Positions 1-12,714 of a stretch of DNA of 64,000 nt are shown piece by piece. Origin of the DNA: Lepidodermella squamata (Eukaryota; Animalia; Gastrotricha); the NCBI GenBank assembly GCA_047495785.1, contig JBLDXI010000003.1, forward strand, positions 930,001-994,000, written 5' to 3'. A program made the translations under genes and the position numbers. The stretch's first letter is position 1. Each line of letters starts with the position of its first letter. The notes under the pieces are model-generated. The model did no database searches and had not been told where the DNA came from. It worked only from the letters and a program-made list of their open reading frames with translations.

Positions 1-254
1 TCGAATGAAATCTGCAGGCCATAAGGGGATCAAAAAGTCCTTTTCAGTTGAATTCGCGACGGAATGAGTTTAAGTCACAGTCTTCTTAAATCTCAACCCC
101 TATTTCCCCCGTTTGATGACTTGGAAACCGAGAAAAGCTTCTTTCATGGTATTCGCATTTATAAAGAATGGAATAGGAATTGGATCCCAAATGGTAAAAA
201 ATTGGGTTCCCATGTGGAGAGCGAAACTTCCGTTAATTCCTGCTACTTGGTGTA

Positions 255-1064
255 TTATGTTGTATTCCATAAGTACTCCCTACTCCCCATACAGGAATTT
301 TGGCTTACGAACTGAGTATCAGGGAAGTTGAGCGACGTTTAAGACGACGAATCAATAACTAAATAACAAATATTTCATAAAATGGGCGTCTGGCCGGTGG
401 CGGGAGGTTGAGTGTCAACAAAGGTTGATCACGTCGAGCGATATAATGAAAATTACAAAAAGGATGCATCGTGATGACATGTTGAGGAAATTGCATTCGC
501 AAGGCTTGAAAATTCATTTTATCGAGCTGACAAACCAGAAACACTAGACCAGCAGAATGGCTTGTCTGACTTTCCTTTCGTTTCATTTCTTTTCGTTCAC
601 TTGCTTCAAAATACCTTGGCTGTCCCAGCTGGCAATGACAGTATCTGGACATTCAACCCAACTTCAACGATTATGAGCAATTGTAGAATGGGGCCTCCGG
701 TCAATTCGCCAACTGAACTGGCAGAAGAGGCAACTCTGATTGAGTACAACCAAAGCTTTTGGTCGATATCGACGACGTTTCTGAAACATTCACCATTTAT
801 ATAGACATTGGAATTTCCTATATTTGTATGGCATGACACGAGTAAAACGTTTGTATCTGAACGGAGCCGGCCGAGATTTACGAATCTGAACGAGTCGAAG
901 AAGAGTGGGGATGAGTAAATCGAGTACGGCGAGTTCAGAAATAAACGATTTACGAGGGCTGTATCAAAAAATATTAACTTCAAACTAGAAGTTTCTCAGT
1001 AGATCCGGAAATGAGCACCGGCTAAAACACAGAGGCGAACAGTGAAACAGGGGGATATAACCAT
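255..1064 (-). CDS. Possible spliced gene of unknown function
   Basis: ORFs 606-983 and 359-652 can be joined in frame through GT-AG introns (GTAK|LDKM). No recognisable domain; ends uncertain. Confidence 0.3.
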
Positions 1065-1236
1065 CAAGAGATCATCACAGCTCGATTAATGCGACCTATC
1101 GTCCTTCGGAAATACTATGTACAGAGTTTTAAGAATGTTTCGCCTATGCCATCAGCCCCAGCGATTACTTCCAGGCTTGATGACGGATTGCGAAATGCAA
1201 TGAGGAGGATTGCAAAACTCAGAACTATTATTTTTA

Positions 1237-1548
1237 TTATTTTTCACTGCCTTCCATAATTTGCCTCGCGATGATCTTTGCCCAAATGTAGAAGCTAGAC
1301 TGGTTGTTGCAGATGGTTTTCGAGCTGAAAACAGCCAAGCATTTCGCCAGTCGCCGCTCGCGCTCTCTGTCGACCATAAGCTGTACTAGAGCAGTTAGGC
1401 GCTTGCTGTCTTGCTTCGCCAACTCATTGAGCTTGTCGCCAATCAGTTGCCTCAACGTCATTCTCGATTCTTCACTGGCCACGGTTAAGATTCCAATCAG
1501 GGCAAAAGTGATAGAAAATAGCTTGAAAAAATAGAAAGTGTTCAGCAT
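1237..1548 (-). CDS. Secreted C-x9-C small protein family, type A copy 1 (103 aa, intronless)
   Basis: Hydrophobic signal peptide; RRLAKCLAVFSSKTICNNQSSFYIWAK motif; TATAAAA about 45 bp upstream; many paralogues in the window. Confidence 0.9.
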   Translation of the reverse strand: MLNTFYFFKLFSITFALIGILTVASEESRMTLRQLIGDKLNELAKQDSKRLTALVQLMVDRERERRLAKCLAVFSSKTICNNQSSFYIWAKIIARQIMEGSEK

Positions 1549-1882
1549 GTTGCTTTCAAGTAGAATGGTGCTGATGGCTACTTGAACTGTTTTTATAACA
1601 CGATTGAAATTTCAGTAAAATTCCAGCCATGATGAGGTACAGGCTCAATTATGTGCGTAGTCACGTCATCCTGTAACAGACGATTAACTATGAACAGGAT
1701 ATCACTATAAACAGGAGTCATTTAACAGGCGTGCGATCACTGACACTACCGATCTGTGGACAACAGGCAATTTGAGTCCCCAATTTTAGATTTTCATCAT
1801 GTCAATTTTCCGATGTTCATCAATCATCAATCATCTAATTATGCAGCAGAAAGTAAATAATCGAATAATATGTCTGTGTTAA

Positions 1883-2660
1883 CCCTTTCATGGCGGAATT
1901 ATTTATCTGCGGTAGAAAAAATATTTGACAGCAGTTTTGGGGGTTTTCAAAGGCCCTGATCACGATTTTGAAATCCGTTTGTCTTTATCTATCACCGTTA
2001 AGGCTGTACAAAAAGTGGCCGAAATCGTCCTATCCGCCCAGCTGATTTCAGTCGATTTTTCGAGCACCCTAATTTCTGTTTCAGGTGTGTTCAGTTTTGG
2101 AATTTTATATTCCAAAATTGCTCCCACGAATGTCCCTAAGATTTTCCCTCATTTATATCACCGAAAACATTCAGAGTGCAAAAGTTTCAGAGGCTCAGCA
2201 TTCAGATCTGAATTCAGCTTTTCCAGTTATTGCTGGCGACAGTTTTTGCAGCACAAAAATCACGCACTCCGCCTGTATGAATCTGGGCGGATAGGACGAA
2301 TTCGGCCGGTTTAATTGAATATCAATGGCGTCGTCATTTTTAATTTCCAACTCGAAAAAATTTGAACAGAGGTCAATGAGACTATGGCGGACACGGAGGT
2401 ATTTTTGTGGGATCAAAAAATGATCGGAAATCTATGCAATTTCAATTTGAAAAAAATCGAAATTTCAATCTCAGGTTGACTATTTTCAAATTGCTGGTAT
2501 GTCCTGACCATGCAAGATAACGGCGTCCTGGTCTCAAAACCTTGTAGACAACATCAAAAAGCAATATTCCTCAAAAGGGCGATCAAGAATTCATCAAATT
2601 CAATTTTCTGCGAATTTTCAAAGTCGAAATTCCGAAATCGTCCTTCCCGCCGTGAAAGGG
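1883..2660. mobile_element. Non-autonomous piggyBac-like element (778 bp)
   Basis: TTAA at 1879-82 and 2661-64; TIRs CCCTTTCATGGCGGAA / TTCCCGCCGTGAAAGGG; absent from paralogous units at ~6245 and ~10035. Confidence 0.9.
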
Positions 2661-3405
2661 TTAAGAACGTTCGCCCCCAGATTTTCCGTCACAGAAAACC
2701 CTTTTAACCTGTTTAGACCGAGACTCGGCATTTTGAAACTACACGTAATTACAGAATGATAATTGTTCGGACTTGCAAGTCCAAAATGTGCCCGTTCCGC
2801 CAGGAGCGATAATCGAGTTCCAAACTATCGTCAGACCAAGGGATAACTCACTTGAAGCACTCTCGAAAAGCCCCAATGCTATGCATGTTTAAGACGCTAG
2901 TTTATTACTGTTAGGATTCCTTATGACTAGGTTTGGGCTCGCTGGAAGCTTTTAGGCACGCGAATCACCTCTAAAATAACTCACATTTTCAAGTATGCCT
3001 CTAAATAATAGAAAATAGAGTATAATAAAAAATATGTTGGAATCACTGCTTTCTGTATCAGGTTTTTTATGAAAGACCCTTCAAGAGGTGGCCGTTCAGT
3101 GATCAGGAGCTAAGTTGAGCTAGCTATGAACTAATTTCTGGCGATGAATCTGGTTTTTTTCGCTTTTCTGCATCTATTTTACCCTGGAGTTCACCTGGGT
3201 TCATTCCAAGCGATTAGGTCACTGTTCAAGTTGCACTGCTGCATTACTCCAAAATGTGTGGTGCAAGATGACTATCACGATCTTTTTCTTCCGGCGTGTC
3301 TTATTTGTCCTTAAAGCTTGCTTTTGATGGCAGTTTCCGGCTTTTGTCAAACTGCTAGACATCAGCCACGGAGGAGGGATCGATGGACTTTTTCGTGCTC
3401 TCGAA

Positions 3406-3527
3406 GTCATTGAGCATATCAATGTCCTGAAGGAAAGAAAAAATAAGCGCAGAGTGTATCGCCACTCTGCGGTCCGTAGAAATCTGTAATAAAAAAGAAG
3501 CTGTCTACATTTTGGCTAAAGTGCTGG
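3406..3527 (+). pseudogene. Remnant of type-B C-x9-C gene
   Basis: Nucleotide similarity to 8261-8390 (tgtatcgccactct..ggtccgt..gaaatctgta..ggctaaagtgctgg) with indels; 5' exon missing. Confidence 0.8.
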
Positions 3528-4056
3528 ATTTGAATTAGACATTTTGGACATTTTCGTCGAATTTGATTGGCAAACTAGGAGGAGATTGGTAACAGTTTTT
3601 AATTGGCGACGGAAAACAGATGAGTTCAATTGTCACGCTTCGCCGATCAAAGAAGGGGAAAAGGAATTGGAGGAGTGTGTCTAAATGAATTAAAAATTAA
3701 ATTGATAGAATCCTGTACATTAGTAATCAGGCTTCTAGTTCGAACTGCGATTGAACACCTTGAGTGAAAGCGAACTAGACCTCAGAGACAATGATTAAGC
3801 TTCTATTTTTCCTGCCTAGTTAATTGCTAATACGTCATCGCTGTGATTTTCTGTGTCGCATATAGCCGCTAAAAGCTATCACGACATCCTTTTAATTAAT
3901 CATTCATCCTGGTTTTAGTAATTGGTCCGATACGCAATGCAACGATCACGCACAATATTAGGGTAGCAAATTAGATTACAGTTAATAAAATGTCGACCCT
4001 CCGTTAAAAGCCTCGGCACAGCGTCAACTTTTAACGTCATTCAACTTCAAATCAAG

Positions 4057-4365
4057 ATGCGAAATATTTACCATTTCCTCAAGCTATTATCCTTCACATT
4101 TTCTTTGATTGGAATCTTAACCGCAGCTAGTGAAGATTCGAGAAAGATAAAATGGAAGATGCTGGGCGAGAAGATAAATTTGTTGGCTGAGAAAGACGGC
4201 TGGCGTTTAACCAATCTACTTCATCGAATGGTCAACCGGGAATGGAGGCGGCGGCTGGAAAAATGCTTGGCTGTTTTCAGCTCGAAAGCCATCTGCAACA
4301 ATCAGTCTAGCTTCTACATTTGGGCGAAGATTATGGCAAGCAAAATTATGGATGGCAGCGAGTAA
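4057..4365 (+). CDS. Secreted C-x9-C family, type A copy 2 (102 aa)
   Basis: Signal peptide; WRRRLEKCLAVFSSKAICNNQSSFYIWAK; AATAAA downstream. Confidence 0.9.
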   Translation: MRNIYHFLKLLSFTFSLIGILTAASEDSRKIKWKMLGEKINLLAEKDGWRLTNLLHRMVNREWRRRLEKCLAVFSSKAICNNQSSFYIWAKIMASKIMDGSE

Positions 4366-5201
4366 TAATTGGATCCCCAAAGATTATACATTTCGATCAC
4401 CATTTGTTCGTTAAAATAAAGTGGGTCCATCTATAATTTGATCTGAGTCATTTTCCCATGCGTCAAATGTATTTCCATCAACTCAAAATCATGAACAACT
4501 ACTTCCTAATGATGACATAGTAATCATATTCTCTTATTTTCTATGGATCTGTGGCCTATTTTGTAGAAGGTGGAGGGTAAAATTAACTGATACAAAGCTG
4601 CCCTTCATGGATCCCATACTAATTCTAAAGGTCAAAGGTCACAGATTAAATCCTGCACGTTATCTCTTTGTCGTTGTTTCCTATTTCCTATAGTAAGTCG
4701 GTAGCAGCTTTAATTCGCCGAAAATGCCGATATTCAACGTTACAGTTGCGACTTGCGACTCCAGTTTATTTGTATAGTTCACAGTATTGGATTTCCGGAC
4801 GACATAAGCTAATTGCGACGTCATCGGGTACAAGGCATAATTTATTCCAGCATCCAGTAAAGAGTTGTGCACGGGCCGGGCCGGGTGTGGGCCTGATTTT
4901 CAATACCCGTCCTCATGTATTTCTTCAAACTGTTTTCAGTATCTATGGCAAAGTAAAACTTTAAGTTATTGCCTTAGCGAAATCGTAATCTTGAATCATA
5001 AATTAGCTGATTTTTCTTAAAAATGAAGTATCTTCCAGGTTTTTGATCAACGCGAAGGAGAAAGCATCGATTTCTTTTACGGGCCGGGCCGGGTTTGGAT
5101 ATATTTACTGACGGTCTTGAGTTCATCCGGGATATTTATCGAATAAAAAGTTTATATTTCTCCTGGTTGATTCATCCGTGCCAACAAAATATTTGGAACT
5201 T

Positions 5202-5232
5202 CAATCTGCAATCTGCAATCTGCAATCTGCAA
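5202..5232. repeat. (AATCTGC)n tandem repeat, ~4 copies
   Basis: Directly visible. Confidence 0.8.
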
Positions 5233-5625
5233 TTACATATTTAATATGCATTTCGTGAACGAAACGTCAATCAATTTTAATTAGAGTTGCCTCGTTTTAA
5301 TAAGCGCTTTGTCCCTTGATGTATTAGATTATCCAGCATCAGAAAGAGATGCTAGATAATCTAGCCAGAGGGTTGCCGATCACTCCATCCATGAGAAGAA
5401 GATACGTCTTATGGCTCCATCGTGTAACAAAAGTGATAAGAGGTAGATTAGAAGTGTTAAGAGCGGTCATGCGGGATCCACGGCCTCAGCCATCCATTAA
5501 ATAAAAATCGGGACGCCTCAAACATTAAAAAGAGTTTTCGAATTTTACTATTTTATAGCTTATAACACTATCGATTAGTGACAGGCTTGACAACGAATTG
5601 CAACAATTCAGAAAGGTTTGTATCA

Positions 5626-5937
5626 TTATTGTTCACTGCCTTCCATGATTTGCCTCGCGATAATCTTTGCCCATATGTAGAAGCTAGACTGGTAGTTGCA
5701 GATGGCCTTCGAGCTGAAAACAGCCAAGCATTTCGCCAGTCGGCGCGCTCGTTCTTTGCCAGCTATAAGCTGAACAAGAGCAGTTAAACGCTTGCTGCCT
5801 TGCTTAGCCAACTCATTTAGCTTGTAGCCAATAATTTGACTCTTCGTCTTTCTTGATTCTCTACTGGCGACGGCTAAGATTCCAATCAGGGCAAAAATGA
5901 GAAAAAATAGCTTGAATAAATAGGAAGCGTTTAACAT
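5626..5937 (-). CDS. Secreted C-x9-C family, type A copy 3 (103 aa)
   Basis: Same motifs; upstream region homologous to those of copies 1 and 4. Confidence 0.9.
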   Translation of the reverse strand: MLNASYLFKLFFLIFALIGILAVASRESRKTKSQIIGYKLNELAKQGSKRLTALVQLIAGKERARRLAKCLAVFSSKAICNYQSSFYIWAKIIARQIMEGSEQ

Positions 5938-6429
5938 GTTGCTTCAGAGTGAAATGACGCTGATTGAGATCTGTTTAGAATTTAGAAGTCCCGATTGCAA
6001 TTTCAGCAAAATTCCAGCCTTGATTACATGCTTAATCATGTGCCGTCCCGTCATCGCGTAACAGACCATGAACTAAAAAACAGTATATAATTGCTCTAAA
6101 CAATGACACGATCGTGGACAACGGGAAACGTGAGTATCCAATTTTAGGCTTCCATGTTTCCAATGTTAATGTCACATGTTAGGTGTTCATCCTTCATCAA
6201 TCGTCTATTTAGGCGGCAGAAGGTGAAATCTAATAATTTATCTGTGATATGAACGTTAAACGCCCCCAGACGTCTCTTAATTTTTAGACCAAGTCTCAGC
6301 ATTTTGAAGCTTCGGTTATAATGTACGGGAGTAGAATTATAAGATGAATGATTATGATGTTATATGAACATTAATCGGAAAAACATGTGAGCCCGGATAT
6401 TTAGAAGAAAGCGTGTTAAACGTGATCTG

Positions 6430-6733
6430 TAGTAGAGGCTGTATTTTCCGAACCCTTGCAATGAGAACAGCACGCTTGTCCGGGAAATTTTTAGAGCGAT
6501 GGACAGAGTTTACGTTAATATGCGGGCATCGCGCTTGATAAGGCGGACATTCCTTTAATGCGGACGCGTACTAATAAGCCCACTCAAATCTAACTATAGA
6601 GCGCGCTGGTCGTAAATAATGGGCCATGTCCTGTCTGCTAAAGGGCCGCTCCAGGGGGCGCCTCGAAATATGGGAGATCGCCCAATGCGGACAACATTTA
6701 TCCGCGACGAATGGTATCCGGATTGTATTACAG
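6430..6733. mobile_element. Degraded pogo/Tc1-like MITE, paralogue of 10200-10490
   Basis: Colinear similarity to 10200-10490; termini decayed. Confidence 0.55.
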
Positions 6734-8045
6734 GACTTATGTTTAATATAAGCACTCTTGGAGAAACAATCTGCCTCTACGAATACTCCGGTGATGTGCG
6801 CAACTTGTGCTAGTAGAAACGTACAGAGGGTACCTATCTGATTGACCAAGGTGTCCGCCGTTGCGGAGAAACGATTAGTGTTCGTCTGTCTGGTCGGGTT
6901 CAGTCAAGTGGTCTTCAAGGCTTTTTTCGAATTCGTCGTTATTAACTATGTTGCTTTTAAGAAGTTCTCTCAGATCTTCCGATAAAAATGCAATCATAGA
7001 ACTAGAAAAGCAGGAAACTTACAACTTTTCGCGAGCGTGTTAAATTGAATTTTGGCACGTCGGGAAATTCCGTTTCCCTGCCCACTGTAACTATTGTCTT
7101 TACGCTTGCTATAGCACGTATAGATATGTTAAATAAGCTTCCTTTGACTTGTTCTGCAAAATGAAACATGTTACCGGAAGGAAGACCGAGACGGCTCGAA
7201 GCAGCTATAAGTATGCGAATCGCATCGAAGAAGGAAGACAACGAATTTACAGAAATCAATCTACGTTTTTTCTATGGGCGCAAATGGTCGATTGGAGAAC
7301 CAAGGAAGGCAATCGCTGAATCAATTATTTGTCATATCAAAACGATGACTGGTCTAAACTTTTGTTTCCTCTTACTGTGTTCACTTTTCCTGTCCTAAAT
7401 CTGAACCTGTCCTGAAATTATCTATTGCTTTTTCCTTCAAACATTGTCAAGCTGCCCTCTCTTGGGTGCCATAGCTTCTAAATAAATAAATAAATAAATA
7501 AGTTTCAACTGTTCCCTGAAAATATTGGAAGATGAAGTAAAATAAAAATGCGCCGCTTCATATTTCATAGCAAGCTTGTATGAAATAAAGACACACTGAA
7601 AAAGTGAAGGCCGGTCAGTGATCAGCAGCTAAGTTTAGCTTACTGAACTAATCTCTGGCGCTGAAACGGACCTTTTCGCTTTTCCGCATCTATTTTGAAT
7701 CCTGGAGCGTGTTCATTATGAACGACTAGGCATGAGGTCAAATTACCCATTTCAGTTATTTGGTGCGTCATGTCTAGAGGCGCGCAGTATGACTAGGCTT
7801 ATCCTTCAAGCAGGATGAGACTTCCAGAAATTGACTGGTGCATTACTCCAAACGTGTGACTATCACGACCTTTTTCTTCCGGCGTGTCTTATTTGTCCTC
7901 CAAGCTTGCGTTGACAGCAGTTTCCGGCTGTTGTCAAACAGCTAGACATCAGCCGCGAGGGATGAATCTACCGGCTTCTTGTTGCGTATAGTTTTTAATT
8001 GATCTCTTACCTCTTATCAAGTTCAAATTCTTCGAAAGGACAATC

Positions 8046-8435
8046 ATGATTGTATTATTAGGCCTCTTCATGTTAATTGCCAGCAGTTCAGCTAGCAAGG
8101 ATTTGCGAAAGACAGCTAAGCATCAAGATTCGAAAGAACGGATCAAACTGCATTCAAATGCCATCCGTAAGTCACCGCAAAATGTTCAGCGGAAACTCTA
8201 CTTTTTAATGTCTTTTCTAGCTACAAATTTCCGAGCAATCCTTTTGGCCAACATAAGTTCAGTCATTGAACTGATCAGTCATCTGAAGCAAAGGGAAAAG
8301 AAGCGCAGAATGGCCAAATGTATCGCCACTCTACGGTCCGTGGAAATCTGTACTAACAGAGGAGCTTTCTACATTTGGGCTAAAGTGCTGGCCAACAAAA
8401 TTGTGGATGTGAGCACAACATACAAAAATGTATGA
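8046..8435 (+). CDS. Secreted C-x9-C family, type B (2 exons, ~111 aa)
   Basis: Signal peptide; likely phase-1 intron 8167-8220 (GTAAG...TTTTCTAG, 54 bp, in frame); KKRRMAKCIATLRSVEICTNRGAFYIWAK. Confidence 0.85.
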   Translation: MIVLLGLFMLIASSSASKDLRKTAKHQDSKERIKLHSNAIRKSPQNVQRKLYFLMSFLATNFRAILLANISSVIELISHLKQREKKRRMAKCIATLRSVEICTNRGAFYIWAKVLANKIVDVSTTYKNV

Positions 8436-9412
8436 ACAAATTTGTATCATTTTGTTTCGAAAGCGAGACATTGTCGACGTTACTATCAAATTGTATTGGT
8501 GAATATAAATAGATGTACCAGATGCGGTACTAGATGCTGTCCGCTGTCATGCCGCCAATACGCGTCGCCAAATAATGTCTCCACTTCTGCGAGGCGTTCA
8601 AATGCAATTAGGTAGTTATGAAAGATGAAAGATATCGGCAAACGGATGCAAGGAATGCGGACAACTTAGCAGTGGAAAAGGTTTTTCACTTTAACAGAGA
8701 ACCAGCGCTATTGTTTATCGCCGCACTCGGGCCGCCGGGCTCGGGTCTCTGGAATCGGGCTGTCGGCTGTCGGGCTTGGGTCGCTGGACTTGGGTCATCC
8801 TACAACCAATTTATTATATTAACCGTTAACCGACATCAGAAAGTCATGCTGGTAGAGAGTAGAGATAGAGATATAGTGATTTCGCCTAGATATGACGCCC
8901 CGGTGACGTCGATGATCGGTTGCGGATTGAGCTAATCATCATGGCGGATTTTCGGCCATCTAAATGAAAACAAATCCAGGGATATGAGGTAGAGAATGAT
9001 TGCTGATTCGTTCACTGGCGAAGTTTTGCTCAAGGGCGTGAAAAACTCCCATGTTTAAACAGTACTATCATAGAGCGAAGTAGGACCGCGAAACTGGTTG
9101 GGATTACAAAAATCGGCATAAGGGTCTCCCTTTGGTCTTTGACTGAGCTCAACTTAGGGACCGTTGGAGCTGGTAGGGATGATCCCTACCATCCCTAGCG
9201 CTACTTCGCTCTCTCGTACTATCGAAATCCATTATTTCAATGTCGAGCGCTTCGTTTAACCTTCACTGGCGCCAGCGTCAGGCGTACAATGCCTACTGGT
9301 AACCGCAACCGTAATTCAAGTAATTCTAATACTATCGATTAATGGCACTGCCAAGATCGACGAAAGATATGATGAAGGATGTCAATACTCTTCTTCAATT
9401 TTATTATTATTA

Positions 9413-9721
9413 TTATTCACTGCCTTCCATGATTTGCCTCGCGATAATCTTTGCCCAAATGTAGAAGCTAGACTGGTTGTTGCAAATGGTTTTCGAGCTG
9501 AAAACAGCCAAGCATTTCGCCAGTCGCCGCTCTTTCTCTCTGCCGGCCGTAAGATGAACCAGAGCGGTTAAACGTTTGCTGCCTTGCTTAGCCAACTCGT
9601 TTATTTTGTCGCCGATCAGCTGCCTCTTCGTATTTCTCGATTCTTCACTGCCCACGACTAAGATTCCAATGAGGGCAAAAGTGAGAGAAAATAGCTTGAA
9701 TAAATAGGAAGCGTTGAGCAT
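9413..9721 (-). CDS. Secreted C-x9-C family, type A copy 4 (102 aa)
   Basis: Same motifs; TATAAAA upstream (ttttataa at 9761). Confidence 0.9.
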   Translation of the reverse strand: MLNASYLFKLFSLTFALIGILVVGSEESRNTKRQLIGDKINELAKQGSKRLTALVHLTAGREKERRLAKCLAVFSSKTICNNQSSFYIWAKIIARQIMEGSE

Positions 9722-10199
9722 GTTGCTTCAGAGTGAAATGACGCTGATAATGAGATCTGCTTTTATAACTCTATTGAAATTTTAGAAAAATTCCAGCCAT
9801 GATGATTACATGCTTAATCATGTCTCGCTATCGCGTAACGGCCCATCAACTAAATAAACAGGAACCATTTAACAGTAGAGCACATTCATTGACACTATAT
9901 TCCTTTGAGAACGGAAAATTTTAGTCGCAAAACTTAGGGTTTTTTTATTGATGTTTATGTCAATTGTTGGGTGTCTATCAAACAGTAGTCATTTAACTAT
10001 AAGTAGGGAAGGGATATCTAATAATTTGTCTGTGATACGTATGAACGTTGAACGCCCCCAGGTGTTCCCTAATTATCCGTAAAATGTACGTTTGAACTTT
10101 TAGGCCAAGTCTCGGCATTTTAAGCGATGGATTTGCGAGTTGATTGATAATATCATGAACATCTATAATTGGAGATTCCGAGGGAATCGTGTTAAACTG

Positions 10200-10490
10200 C
10201 AGTAGAAGCTGTATAATCTAAACCCCGCGAAGCGGACAGCGGGCTTGTCCGGAAAACTTCAATGCGACGGACAGATTTAACATGTGCGTATATTGCGCTT
10301 AATAAGTCCCTTAATGCGGACGCTAACTAGTACGGCTCCTCAAGTCTAACTAATCAAAACAAACAATATATGCGCGTGAAAATTGGCTTGATCCTGCCCG
10401 CTAAAGGGCCGTTTCTCGGGATATAAGCGATCGCCCATTCCGGACATCGTCCCCGTGATCGATGGTGTCCGGATTGTACAGCATCAACTG
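10200..10490. mobile_element. pogo/Tc1-like MITE
   Basis: Imperfect TIRs CAGTAGAAGCTGTATAATC / GATTGTACAGCATCAACTG; second copy at 6430. Confidence 0.6.
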
Positions 10491-11112
10491 GACAGTTAGG
10501 TATGCAATCTTGGGTGGCACATAATACAGGAACACAGACAGAAGGTATCTGATTGACCAAGGGGTACAATCAGACGTCCGCCGTTAGAGGGACACGATTA
10601 GGATTTCGGGACGTACATCTACGTCTGGACTGATTTTAGACGTTCAAGTAGGTTTGCAGTTCAACGTTCGAGGATTATAAGTGATTTTCTTCTCTCTGCT
10701 CAACTATATGCGTTCGATGATGTTCCTCTTATTAATTGCATAGAGGTTAGAGGTTGTCAAACGATGAGGCATCAGGTCACAGGTTCAATTACACATTATA
10801 CTTTGTGCACGGTATGACCAGGCTTATTGTTCAAGCAGGATAGGGCTTCCAGACTAGCACATTTCTCCAAATGTATGATGCAAGATACATCTCACGACCT
10901 TTATCCTATCGGTGTGTTCTATTTCTATTTCTCCTCTATGCTTGCTTTCATGGCAGTTTCCGGCTTTTGTCGAATTGCTAGACAGCAAACAGCAGCCACG
11001 GATAAAGGAATCGATGGACTTCCTTTGCTGTGTGGTCTCTAATTGATAATTATAACCTCGAACAACATTTTTGATCAGATTCCTTCAGTTCAAAACCTTC
11101 AAAGAGACAATC

Positions 11113-11356
11113 ATGATTCTATTATTAGGCCTTTTACTGTTAATTGCTACCAGTTCAGCTAGCAAGGATTCGCGAAAGACTACGAAGGTTCAAGATTTGA
11201 AAAAACGGAGTAAACTCCAACTTCTAATGCCATCGCACATAGGTCACTGCAAAATCTTTTTCCAAATAGCCTCAAGTGACTCGTCGGTCCGTGGAAATCT
11301 CTACTAACAAAGCAGTTTTCTACATTTCAGCCTAAGGGCTGGGTAACAAAATTGTG
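11113..11356 (+). pseudogene. Type-B C-x9-C pseudogene with internal deletion
   Basis: Signal exon near-identical to 8046; most of exon 2 deleted; 3' end frameshifted. Confidence 0.8.
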
Positions 11357-12405
11357 AATGACAATTCGATTTATTACAAAAATTATAAATAAATCCATAG
11401 CCTTTTACCTTTTACATCATTGTACAAAATGTGATACTACCCTTCTGCCAGGCGCTCAAATAAATCAAATGAAGATAATTTTCCCTTCATGGGCCAACGG
11501 TTGCAAGGAATGTGTAATTAGCAACGGAAAAGAAAGATTGAATCGATTTCTAAACTAAAGCATTCAGCATTCAGTTGACATCACTGATCTTAATAATCGA
11601 CAAAAAATTAGAGCATCTTAGCTAAATATACTCATGTTGTAATATTATGTCAACTGTCAGCTCGTGATAAAACCGTCACGCCAAACCCTGAAATGAAGGG
11701 CGAGCTTGGACAGTTTGCTTGATACCGAATATTCGTAACTCTGAGAATAATTACTAAGAGTATAGGTAATTGTTTTTCTCTCCCTGTTTTGAGAGGAGGA
11801 CAGAGGAGGGCTACGAACTAGGAACGAGACATGTCGGATTTTTTAGTGAAAGCTTGTTCAATGACTATAAAACGAATCCAGTCGCCCGATCCAAATTCGA
11901 CTACAAAGCTTCTTCGTGTTTCTACAGAAGAAGCGTAATCTGACATGTTAAGGGTAGAAAGAGGACATGGAACACAGACGTTACCCTTCGCACCCTTCGC
12001 AGATCTTAGAAGGGAAATTAAAGGGAGTGTGTCTAAGTCAATTAAATTCCTGTACATCGGACTTTAACTAGTTCGAACTACGTTTTAATACATTGGGTGA
12101 ACTACGAAAACTACGAACTAGATATCTGAGACTCCTATTCATTGATTCTCCTGTTTAGTGAATTGCTAACGCCTCATCCGTGTGAGTTATTGTCGAGCAA
12201 AATATAGCCGAAAATGCTAATGAGCTATCACAACTCACGACATCCTTTAAATTACTGGATCCTGGTTACTGTCGGTGGTCCGATCCGAGACGCCGTTATC
12301 ACGCACAAAATTAGGGTAGTGAATTGGATTAGTCGATAAATTGTCAACCTAGCTATAAAACCCTTTGTGCTGTGTTCACTTAACGTCATTCTACTAAAAC
12401 TCAAG

Positions 12406-12714
12406 ATGCTGAATACTTCCCATTTTCTCAAGTTATTTTCCTTCACTTTTGCTTTGGCTGGAATGTTAGCTGACGCCAGTGAAGATTCAAGAAAAATTAA
12501 GTGGAAGCTGTTGGGCGACAAGATAAATTTGCTGGCTGAGAAAGACGGCAGGCGTTTAACAAATCTAGTTCAAAACATGGTTAACCGTGAATGGAGGCGG
12601 CGGCTGGCGAAATGCATGGCCGTTTTCAACTCGAAAGCCATCTGCAACAACCAGTCAAGCTTCTATATTTGGGCGAAGATCATGGCGAGGAGAATCATGG
12701 AAGGCAGCGAGTAA
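12406..12714 (+). CDS. Secreted C-x9-C family, type A copy 5 (102 aa)
   Basis: ATG at 12406 aligns with paralogue starts; TATAAAA at ~12354. Confidence 0.9.
   Translation: MLNTSHFLKLFSFTFALAGMLADASEDSRKIKWKLLGDKINLLAEKDGRRLTNLVQNMVNREWRRRLAKCMAVFNSKAICNNQSSFYIWAKIMARRIMEGSE

Noticed and set aside
4057-4365. Calcitonin/DH31 or insulin-like identity for the peptide family
   Set aside because: Cys spacing is x9 with only two Cys in the tail, and there is no C-terminal amidation signal.
4871-5100. Two ACGGGCCGGGCCGGGT direct repeats (and similar GC-rich motifs at ~8725 and a weak inverted repeat at 9061-9220)
   Set aside because: Probably decayed DNA-transposon subterminal motifs; ends and TSDs could not be defined.
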